Source: Piromyces finnis finn (taxonomy: Eukaryota; Fungi; Neocallimastigomycota). From it: a stretch of 64,000 bases of DNA. A model generated the notes under the pieces. That model saw only the letters and a list, made by a program, of their open reading frames with translations, was not told where the DNA came from and searched no databases. Shown piece after piece: positions 49,098 to 58,508 of the stretch. The stretch covers positions 1-64,000 of the forward strand of contig MCFH01000048.1 of assembly GCA_002104945.1 (NCBI GenBank), written 5' to 3'. Every line of letters begins with the position of its first letter. The first letter of the stretch is position 1. The position numbers and the translations under genes were made by a program.

Positions 49098-52000
49098 ATG
49101 GAACTCAATGGTATTGATAAGGACTCTGTTGAAGTTAATGCTGATGAATTCCCTAAGAGCACTGTGACTTCTAAATTAATCGAAGCCATGACGGAATTCA
49201 TCCCCACTTTCTTCTCTCCGAACGGTGTATTATCGAAGGAAAAGGAAGCTAACACTAGAGAGAATGTCCTAGAGACATTAATCCAAAGCGAAGAATTCTT
49301 TAAGGATCATCCTAAATCATTTACTAGCGACGAAGAAAAAAATGCGTTTGTTATAAATAAACTTAATGGAATTGCTAGAAAGTGGGGTTTATCCCTTTTG
49401 ATCGATGGAACGCTTAGGACTCTCAGTTTTAATGAATTTAAAAAACTACTCCTTAATAACTTCGATACCGGAGACGAACGTAAGCAAAAATATATGCTTA
49501 TAAATAAGTTATGGAACCTAAAGCAGCTTCAACTTGGGAAAGTTACTGAATATACCATTGAATTTCGAAGGTTGGCAAGTAGAATCGGTTGGCCAGATGA
49601 CGTTTTTATTGACATCATTGGTAAAGGACTCGTTGATCGAGTACGTGAGGAATACGATAAAATGGATAAGCCAAATAGTTTATTTGAAGCTACAAATATT
49701 ATAATTAACCTTGACAAAAAATGTTTTTTGGAAAATTGCATTAGAAACAAACATACCGAAATGCAAAAGAAAGGCAGCAAATCATTTGGAAGAAAGAAAG
49801 CTGAATTAAACAAAACAGAAAATGGAAACCCATTTCATAGACATAAAAAGAGTAAAGCAAAACATAGTATTCTTTCTGCTACTACTAATTACACTCCTGA
49901 TAAACAGAACACAATAACTACTATGTGTTTTTTGAACTTAGGAACTAAAAACTTAAAAATAAACTTTCTTATTGACTCAGGGTCTGCTAGAAGTTTTATT
50001 TGCAAAACCTTCGCGAATGCAAATAAAATTCCTACTGTAGGGTTGACATCCCCAATCAATATACATTTACCCAATGGTAAGAGTATGATTATTAAGCAGG
50101 CAACCAAACCATTAAGATTAAGAATTATGGATCATGAAGAAAAATATGAATTCTGCATCGGGAACTTGCTTCTTCAGGGAATCTCAGGAATACTTGGACG
50201 TGATTGGCTTTCCATTCATAATCCTTTCTTAAATTATAAGACTAACAAAATATACTTTTTGGAGAAGTACTGCGGTAAACACTGTCCTTCAGCAAAAGGC
50301 AATAAGTTTGTATACCATTCTGATGAAATCTCCGCTCCTATGGTAAATAGTTTGAATAATGACTCAATTATCCCGGATTCAATCTCTGAAGACGAACTGT
50401 ACGACCAGGATGTTTGTGCTACTATCTTAGAATTAGACAGCTTTCAAGATAATGCTGAAAATAATAATATTCAAATCCTAAAAAAATATTATTATGACTT
50501 GACGACAGTGTTTCAGAAGCAAAAGGCCGACGTACTCCCCCCTCATAGGGACTACGATATGTCCATAGACTTAATTCCAGGTGGACAGTTATATTTTGGT
50601 CCGATATATTCTCTTACGATCGATGAACAAAAAACTTTAAGAGAATATGTCAAAGAGAATTTGAACAAAGGCTTTATTCGGAAGTCGAAGTCACCAGCCG
50701 GAGCTCCTGTACTTTTTGTAAAGAAACATGATGGAAGCCTTCGTTTATGTGTCGATTATCGTCGACTAAACGCAATTACAGTTAGAAACAGTTACCCTAT
50801 TCCTAGAATAAACGATATGATTGAATCTTTCAAAGGCGCTTCAATATTTACCAGATTGGATTTAAGATCTGCGTACAACCTTGTACGTATTAAAGAAGGC
50901 CATGAATATCTCACGGCTTTTAGAACTCCTATCGGTCATTACGAATATCTTGTGATGCCCTTTGGTCTTCGTAATGCACCATCCGTTTTTCAAAGATTCA
51001 TACAAGATGTTCTCGCGGAAGTTTTAGGTTCATTTGCCCAGGTGTACTTGGACGACATTATAATATATTCTCCTAACCTTAAGGATCATGTTAGTCATGT
51101 TCGAACAATTCTTAAAGCCTTAATCGATAATGGGTTATATGTAAAATTAGAAAAGTGCGATTTTCACGTAAAGGAAACCACCTTTTTAGGCTTTACTGTC
51201 TCTACTAATGGACTCCTAATGGATAAAAACAAAGTGAAATCTATATTAGAATGGCCTACACCAAAAAACATTAAAGAACTTCAAAGCTTTCTAGGACTCT
51301 GTAATTTCTACAGAAGGTTTATAAAAAATTTTGCTGAAAAAATGGACCCACTTCGCAAACTCTTGAAAAAAAATTCTGTGTTTAATTGGGATAATATCGC
51401 TGCTACTGCTTTTTCAAAGCTCAAAGAATCCTTTTTAACTAATGAAATACTCATTTTTCCTGATCCAGAGAAGGAATTTGTGGTAGAAACAGACGCCAGT
51501 GATTTTGCAATAGGATGTATCCTTTCACAGGTAAGTAATAATGATAATCTCTTACACCCCATTGCATTTTATTCTCGTTCATTAAATAACGCTGAGTGTA
51601 ACTACACCATATATGACAAGGAACTCCTTGCCATTATTACCGCGTTCGATACATGGAGGCACCACTTAGAGGGTGCTAAATTTCCTGTCCAAGTTATTAC
51701 TGATCATAGAAACCTTTTATACTTCAAAAAACCACAACTATTAAGTCAAAGACAAATCCGCTGGAGCATGTTTCTATCAAGATTTGACTATAGAATCTCT
51801 TATAGACCTGGTTCCAGGGGTGGAAAACCTGACTCCTTATCAAGGAGATCAGACTACAAGATAAAGCATGATAACGACTGCCATAGAATAATTGAAGATG
51901 ATGTGTTTTGCTGTACTACAGATGATAACATTAGTCATTTAATTCAATTCCAAAAAACAGATAAATTTTGCAAGGAAACTTTTCAAAAAATTAAAGACAA

Positions 52001-53144
52001 CTCTGGCAAGGTCAAAAGTTCTCTTTTCACCGTCATCAATGGTGTGCTCCATTTTCAAAATCGTATTATCGTTCCCTCACCTCTCAAGGCAAAAATACTT
52101 AAGTCATTCCATGATTCACCAATTAATGGCCATCAAGGGATTGATAAGACCCTAGAAAAAATTAAACGTTACTATTGGTGGCCAAATTTGAAAAAGGACG
52201 TTATAAATTATGTCCTTTCATGCGATATATGTTGTAGATGTAAGACCCGCAGGCACAAACCGTATGGGAAAATCCTGCCACTGCCCATTCCAAATAAACC
52301 TTGGGAAGTTATTGGTGTAGATTTTATTGTCTATCTACCTAGTTCGCAAAATTGCACATGTATCATGGTAACTGCTGACCATTTAACAAAAATGGTTCAC
52401 TTAGTGCCTTGTGCTGATGTCCCTTCTGCCGACCTTACTGCCAAACTCCTTTTACTTAATGTGTTCCGTTACCATGGATTTCCGAACATGATCATTTCTG
52501 ATCACGGTTCCCAATTTTCCTCAGAATTTTGGACATCTTTATGTTCATCTCTACATATAAAACCAAGATTAGCCACAGCCCATCACCAACAGTCAAATGG
52601 CCAGATTGAAAGGATAAATTCGGTCATAGAACAATATCTTAGATGCTACTGCTCCTCTGCTCAAAGTGATTGGTGTTTCTATCTACCTCTCTGTGAACTT
52701 GCGTACAATAACTCACTTCACAAATCCTTAGGCATATCACCGTTTTTTGCCAATTATGGGTTTCACCCAAATTTTGTTATTGAATCACCTCCATCGTTAC
52801 TCAAGGACAATGCTTCGAATCTCACTAGAGACTGGTCGTCTCATTTCAATGCTCTACAACAACACTTAAATAAGGCAAAAGAAGATTTTAAAAAATACGG
52901 TGATTACAGGAAATTGAGTGGGCCAAAATTTAAAGTTGATGATCTAGTATGGTTGAAAAGATACTACTTTACCAACGAACCCGCTAAAAAACTTTCATCT
53001 CAATATCTTGGTCCTTTTAAAATCGTCGAGGAGAGAAATAGAATGAATTACCGGCTTGAATTACCTGAAAACCTACATATTCATCCGGTATTTCATATCT
53101 CACAATTGGAACCTTACACAAAGAGAAATCCAGAACTGGAATAA
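49098..53144 (+). CDS. pol: Single-ORF Gag-Pol polyprotein
   Basis: 1348 aa. LIDSGS, LCVDYRRLN, YLDDII, ETDASD, HHCC, D-D-E and HPVFHISQL, then a stop with no chromodomain. Confidence 0.96.
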   Translation: MELNGIDKDSVEVNADEFPKSTVTSKLIEAMTEFIPTFFSPNGVLSKEKEANTRENVLETLIQSEEFFKDHPKSFTSDEEKNAFVINKLNGIARKWGLSLLIDGTLRTLSFNEFKKLLLNNFDTGDERKQKYMLINKLWNLKQLQLGKVTEYTIEFRRLASRIGWPDDVFIDIIGKGLVDRVREEYDKMDKPNSLFEATNIIINLDKKCFLENCIRNKHTEMQKKGSKSFGRKKAELNKTENGNPFHRHKKSKAKHSILSATTNYTPDKQNTITTMCFLNLGTKNLKINFLIDSGSARSFICKTFANANKIPTVGLTSPINIHLPNGKSMIIKQATKPLRLRIMDHEEKYEFCIGNLLLQGISGILGRDWLSIHNPFLNYKTNKIYFLEKYCGKHCPSAKGNKFVYHSDEISAPMVNSLNNDSIIPDSISEDELYDQDVCATILELDSFQDNAENNNIQILKKYYYDLTTVFQKQKADVLPPHRDYDMSIDLIPGGQLYFGPIYSLTIDEQKTLREYVKENLNKGFIRKSKSPAGAPVLFVKKHDGSLRLCVDYRRLNAITVRNSYPIPRINDMIESFKGASIFTRLDLRSAYNLVRIKEGHEYLTAFRTPIGHYEYLVMPFGLRNAPSVFQRFIQDVLAEVLGSFAQVYLDDIIIYSPNLKDHVSHVRTILKALIDNGLYVKLEKCDFHVKETTFLGFTVSTNGLLMDKNKVKSILEWPTPKNIKELQSFLGLCNFYRRFIKNFAEKMDPLRKLLKKNSVFNWDNIAATAFSKLKESFLTNEILIFPDPEKEFVVETDASDFAIGCILSQVSNNDNLLHPIAFYSRSLNNAECNYTIYDKELLAIITAFDTWRHHLEGAKFPVQVITDHRNLLYFKKPQLLSQRQIRWSMFLSRFDYRISYRPGSRGGKPDSLSRRSDYKIKHDNDCHRIIEDDVFCCTTDDNISHLIQFQKTDKFCKETFQKIKDNSGKVKSSLFTVINGVLHFQNRIIVPSPLKAKILKSFHDSPINGHQGIDKTLEKIKRYYWWPNLKKDVINYVLSCDICCRCKTRRHKPYGKILPLPIPNKPWEVIGVDFIVYLPSSQNCTCIMVTADHLTKMVHLVPCADVPSADLTAKLLLLNVFRYHGFPNMIISDHGSQFSSEFWTSLCSSLHIKPRLATAHHQQSNGQIERINSVIEQYLRCYCSSAQSDWCFYLPLCELAYNNSLHKSLGISPFFANYGFHPNFVIESPPSLLKDNASNLTRDWSSHFNALQQHLNKAKEDFKKYGDYRKLSGPKFKVDDLVWLKRYYFTNEPAKKLSSQYLGPFKIVEERNRMNYRLELPENLHIHPVFHISQLEPYTKRNPELE

Positions 53145-54017
53145 CAATGTTTTTTTTAAAAGGGAGCAATGTAAGAATTAATAATTATTTTTTGTATAAA
53201 TTAATTCTTATTTAATTATTTTTTAATTATTAAATTAATTATTTATTTAAACTATTAGCATACATTCATTTAAATTACTATAAACATTTATCTATATTGA
53301 TATTAATTATTCATTTACTTAATTTAAAATTTATTTAATTACTATATTAATTATTTATTTATTTAATTTAGTAATATATTTAAAATAATAGTAAACATTC
53401 ATTTATTTTTTAATTAATAATTTTTGTATTACATTTTATAAGAAACATTATATATTTTATTTTACGTTTGTATTTTATATTTATGTATCGTATCTTGAAA
53501 TAACTTATAGAAACAATTAGAAAATATAAATACATATTAGGACAATCGGATATTAAGGTTTTTCCGAATTTTAATCGGTTTTACTTAATATTACGATGAT
53601 TGATATATTAGTTATCAATCGAATATCTTTTTAGGTTTTTCTTCTAGTCTTTTCCTAAAAAGATTATTTGTTAAGATTAGAAATTCTTTATTAAACTTTA
53701 AATTATCAAAAAATTATAAATATAAGGACTCTGGAATTCCACTAAAGAATCCAGAGTTATTATTTTAAGACAATTATAATAAATAACCCTTTCAAAAACT
53801 ATATTCATAAAAAATATTTACATTAAAGATAGTCTTAATATTTTGTGTTTGTTATTATAATTCACTTATAATAAACTCTTTAAGATAAGTATTCATTTTT
53901 ATTTACTATTAAGAAACTTCTCAATTTAATAATACATATTACGATTTGTATTATTATATTGTAGATAATAATTATTATTAAATATATAATAATTATTACA
54001 CAAAAAAATAGTAAGAA

Positions 54018-54088
54018 GCATTGATGGTTTAGTGGTATAATTACCGCCTGCCACGCGGTAGACCCGGGTTCGATTCCCGGTCAATGCA
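54018..54088 (+). tRNA. tRNA-Gly (GCC)
   Basis: Acceptor GCATTGA/TCAATGC, anticodon arm ACCGC-CTGCCAC-GCGGT, CCGGG-TTCGATT-CCCGG. Confidence 0.97.
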
Positions 54089-54447
54089 TTTTATAGCTTA
54101 GTCTAGATTATCACCTAAAAGTATTAATATTAATTTAGTTTTAATATAAAAAATTTATTATATAAATCATTTTTTCTAGACTAGTTATCTTTAATTTTTT
54201 TTATTTAATATTTTAATATTAAATTAAATTATTTAAGTAAAACTTTTACAAAGTTTTAGTATAAAAACAATTATTAAATAACTATCAAGTTAAAGCACTC
54301 TAAAGTAACAAAGAAGTGGTTTAAAAGCTATATTATAACTACTAATTCTTTATTGTATAAATTTTATATCCTATTTTTATTTAAACAATAACTAGAAAGG
54401 ATGTTTTTTTTTTTTTTTTTTTCATCTATAAAAAAAGTATATGTATA

Positions 54448-54479
<32 letters not shown>

Positions 54480-55243
54480 GAGACATTTTTCACTTTTAAA
54501 AAGGATTACTATTATTATTTAGGGATTTAAACATCAATAACAATATTCAAAATGACTTTTCTTTTATAGAATATTCTATTCCTTATCATCAATAAAATGG
54601 AAAAATATGTATTTTGTAAATAGATATTTAAAAAAAAAAAAAAAAAAGTCAAGAATCTACAATAAAACTCATTTAAAACCCTATATTAAAAGGTTTTAAA
54701 TTACAACTAAAAATATTACTATTATAAAATAAATGCATTCTACTACTATAGTCCTTTAAAAATCTTTCTTTTCTTATTTTTTTTTTATTTATTTATTTTA
54801 TTATTATTATTTTTTTTAAGAATAAATATATGATTTGTTTTATGTATGTTATTTTAAAATAAAAAATGATGCTAATAAAAATGACCTTTTTTAAATATAT
54901 ATATATAATAATAAATAAATAAATAAAAAAATAAATAGCCAATAATATATAAAATAAAAAAAAAAATCTTTTCTTCTTTGTTATTTAAAAAGAAAAAAAC
55001 TTTTTGTCAATAATAGTAATTAAAACATAATTGTTTAAAAAAAAAATTATAATACTTTATATATATATAAATGAATTAAAATAAAAAATTGTTAGTATTG
55101 AACTTATATATATATATACATATATATATTTAAAAACTAAAATATAAATTTATTAGATTAAATAATTAAACTGTGTGATATGTTGTTATTGATGAATATC
55201 AACATGGAATTGTATAATATAACATTGTATAACTTTTTTTTTT

Positions 55244-55969
55244 TTACTTCATCAAAATATCAATATTTAAAGATGCTTTTGTAGCATCGGATGGGTTTTC
55301 ATTTAATAATTCGGGTTTTATTTCCTCGTCACCTGTAGTTGGTTTACATTGTGTACTACAACGCCAACAGATCATATTTTTACAAGTACTACAAGAATGT
55401 CTTAAGGAAGGATTAGAAAGAGAAGCAGCACAAAAGTAACCTTTGCAATGTGCACATTGATTTGTTTGAGCAGAAAATGGAAGATATCCAACGCAATTAC
55501 GACAAATTGGATGATATTCATCTAAACCTTTACAGGCAACACAAAAAGATGTTCCTTTTTGACGGTTACCGCAATGAGGATTACCACAAAGTTTTGAATG
55601 ATCGATACAACCTTTACAGTGTTGTAAAACATGATTACATGTCTCACAGTAATCAACAGTAACAGGTGCTGAAGGTTGAGTAACAAAACGGGTTTTAGTA
55701 TTAACATTATTGATGGAAGGAGTAGTATGACTTACTGTATAGTGGTTACTAATATATTCACTAAATTTACTACTAGCTAACTTTTCAGTTTGGGTATTAT
55801 CAAGATGGGTATAATTTGGTATAAAGTTTTCAAAAGTAGTACTTTTAGATGACGAGGTAGTATATTTGTTCATATCAAGTTTAATTTGTTTTGCATTCAT
55901 TCCATCTAGAAGACCTACAGGTTTTCTTTTTAACTCACTATTAATTGTTAAAACTTCTGTACTTGACAT
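55244..55969 (-). CDS. Cys-rich putative zinc-binding host protein of unknown family
   Basis: GC-richer open frame from ATG 55969 with many CxxC-type pairs. The 3' end may be spliced. Confidence 0.7.
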   Translation of the reverse strand: MSSTEVLTINSELKRKPVGLLDGMNAKQIKLDMNKYTTSSSKSTTFENFIPNYTHLDNTQTEKLASSKFSEYISNHYTVSHTTPSINNVNTKTRFVTQPSAPVTVDYCETCNHVLQHCKGCIDHSKLCGNPHCGNRQKGTSFCVACKGLDEYHPICRNCVGYLPFSAQTNQCAHCKGYFCAASLSNPSLRHSCSTCKNMICWRCSTQCKPTTGDEEIKPELLNENPSDATKASLNIDILMK

Positions 55970-57261
55970 GATGGATACTTTTATATAGAGGCTTAAAAAA
56001 AGATAATAATGCAATTGATTTATTTTACGTTTATATTTTTTCTTTTGAATAAAAAAAAAGTTCTTTTATTAGCTAAAAAAAAAAACTTTTTTTTTATTAT
56101 TATCACTTTATAATAATATGGGATAAGAGTTTAGAGAAATAATAGACTTTTTTAAGTACAGTAATATTTTACTCGTAAACAAAAACATATAAATATTTAT
56201 ATATTTATATTAATTTGGATTTTTTTATTATAGGATTGTTGTGTTTTAATATATAATCGTTTTTTTTTTTACTGAAATGAAGTAAAATAATATATTAATT
56301 TAAAGTAATAATAAAATCAAATTTTATAAAATTTAACTATTTTTTTTAAATTAATATATTGTTTATTATATTGAATTGAATTAAATTATTGTAAAAAAAT
56401 AAAAGTAGGCTGTATTTAATTATTTAATTACTTTTATTTAATAAATAAAACTATATAAAATTCAATATACTTTATTGTATCAATATTAATTAATATTTTA
56501 ATTTTGTTGGAATTTTGTATTCTTTATTTTAAAAAAGTGAATTGATTATTGAAAAAAAAAAAGGAACCTATATTAAATTGTTAAAAAAGAATATTGTTAA
56601 AAAAAACTCTTTTTATATAAATAATTTACTTTTTATATATATTATTTTCAATATATACTTGTATTTAGTTATTTATTTACACTATGACTACCTACCTTTT
56701 ATAGTTAAAATTCAAAAATGTGACATTAAAATATTTATTTTTTTTTTTAAATTGATTTTTAATTTTTTCCGTAAAGCTATTGGTTTCAAAAATTTATGTT
56801 CCTTACTTTTATATTGAAATTAGTAATAATGTTATTAAATATATGTTTTTTTGTTGTTGTTGTTCTCTTTTATTATGGTTGTTATTTAAATATTTTTCTA
56901 GGATTTTTTTTTATTTTATTTCTTTTTTTCCTATTAATGAAACTACTCAATTTTTAATTTTTAGTAAATTAAATAATATTAAAATATCTATAAAGTTTTT
57001 TTAAAAAAAAAAAAAAAAAGAATAACTTTGTTTTTTTAAAGTAAATGTTCACTGAAATAATTATTGAAAATTTAATAAATTTATTCTTTATTTAAAATTA
57101 AAATTTTCATTGAAAAAAAAAAGATAAAAAGAAAATTTTCTAGTTTTATATTCTAAAGTAAAAAAAATAATAATAATAATATTCATAAAATAAAAAATTA
57201 TTTAATTTATTTCATCATTAGTTTTTTGTAAAAAAAAAAAAAAAAAAATGCGATGAGGATG

Positions 57262-57264
<3 letters not shown>

Positions 57265-57333
<69 letters not shown>

Positions 57334-57865
57334 TTCCGAGTGCATTTCTCCCATCGATCAGAGTTAGCTCCAATGGTGGTTCTTAGAGAAACGTTGGCTC
57401 ATTCCTATTGCTAGGTGGTTGTGACCCTCCTGGTCTGTCATACTGTTTCTTCAGCTTCGACGCTCACTTAATCCATGTACATTAGATGCATGTCGTTGTA
57501 CGATATTTCACAACTACAATGCTAAGCCTCTTATAGTCAATTTGATCACGTGTCAACCGCCCCCTAATGTTTACACTTAAATTGATTAAGGAATATTATG
57601 TGTTTTTGGCATAGCCTAAGTCACCACTTATTAAGTTCTAATTTGGAATGTACCATGTACACTAGACCCTCTCAGGCCGGCTAGACGAGTGTTATTATCA
57701 TAGTAGTAAATTAGAAAGTTCATTTATACTTACCTGAATATCATAACCCAACCCATGGCAAACCCAGTGGGAAAATCCACAGGCACTGACATCTGCGGGG
57801 TCGAACCAGAAGCCTTATGTATGCTAAGGAAACGCCTTAACAACCAGGATAAAAACTGGAACGAC
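57265..57865 (-). mobile_element. SINE-like retroposon with tRNA-like head
   Basis: 66-nt poly(A) (T run 57265-57330), 12-bp TSD ATGAGGATGATA (57253-57264 and 57866-57877), B box GGTTCGACCCC (57797-57807), no long ORF. Confidence 0.8.
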
Positions 57866-58355
57866 ATGAGGATGATAATAAGTTTATATAAATGTATAAT
57901 AATAAATAAATAAATAAATGGTTTAATAAATAAGTGAATGAATAAATAAATTATTTTAAATTTTTTTTTTATAAAATAGGATCAACATAAACTAATAATT
58001 AAAATTATGATATCATAATAATAAAAAATATATATTTTTAATATAAAAAAATTATCAATAAATAAATAGAATAATAAATAAAATTATATATATAATAATG
58101 GTAAAAATTTAAATTGATGATGAATCACCATAATATATAAATTTTTTTGTAATACAAACTAACGATTTTATTTTCATAGATTTATGATATTATTTAATAT
58201 ATGGTAGATTTAATTCATTTTCCTATAATTTAATTTATTAGGATATGATTTAATATATCAGAGATATAATTTATTATTCTATGCTATAATATATTAAGAA
58301 ATTTTATATAGTTATTTATTAATAAAATACTTTTACAATTGAGTATTTATTATAC

Positions 58356-58508
58356 TAATTATTATTATTCTAATTATTATTATTATTCTAATTATTATTA
58401 TTATTCTAATTATTATTATTATTCTAATTATTATTATTATTCTAATTATTATTATTATTCTAATTATTATTATTATTCTAATTATTATTATTATTCTAAT
58501 TATTACTC
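58356..58508. repeat. 18-bp minisatellite (TAATTATTATTATTATTC)n, about 8 copies
   Basis: Directly visible tandem array. Confidence 0.9.

Larger units (their letters stand above)
47886..54000 (+). mobile_element. Full-length self-priming Ty3/Gypsy element (element 3)
   Basis: 831-bp LTRs 47886-48716 and 53170-54000 (no differences seen), TSD CAAAA, PPT AAAAGGGAGCAA. PBS ATAATAACTCT is complementary to 48469-48479. Confidence 0.97.

Noticed and set aside
14351-51562. Short ORFs antisense to gag/pol/RT (e.g. 14351, 28118, 44731, 49529, 51308)
   Set aside because: They are shadow frames of real coding regions, with no motifs of their own.
57726-57736. U1 snRNA gene (ATACTTACCTG)
   Set aside because: The match stops after 11 nt, with no U1 stem-loops or Sm site. 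It is better read as a splice donor on the opposite strand.
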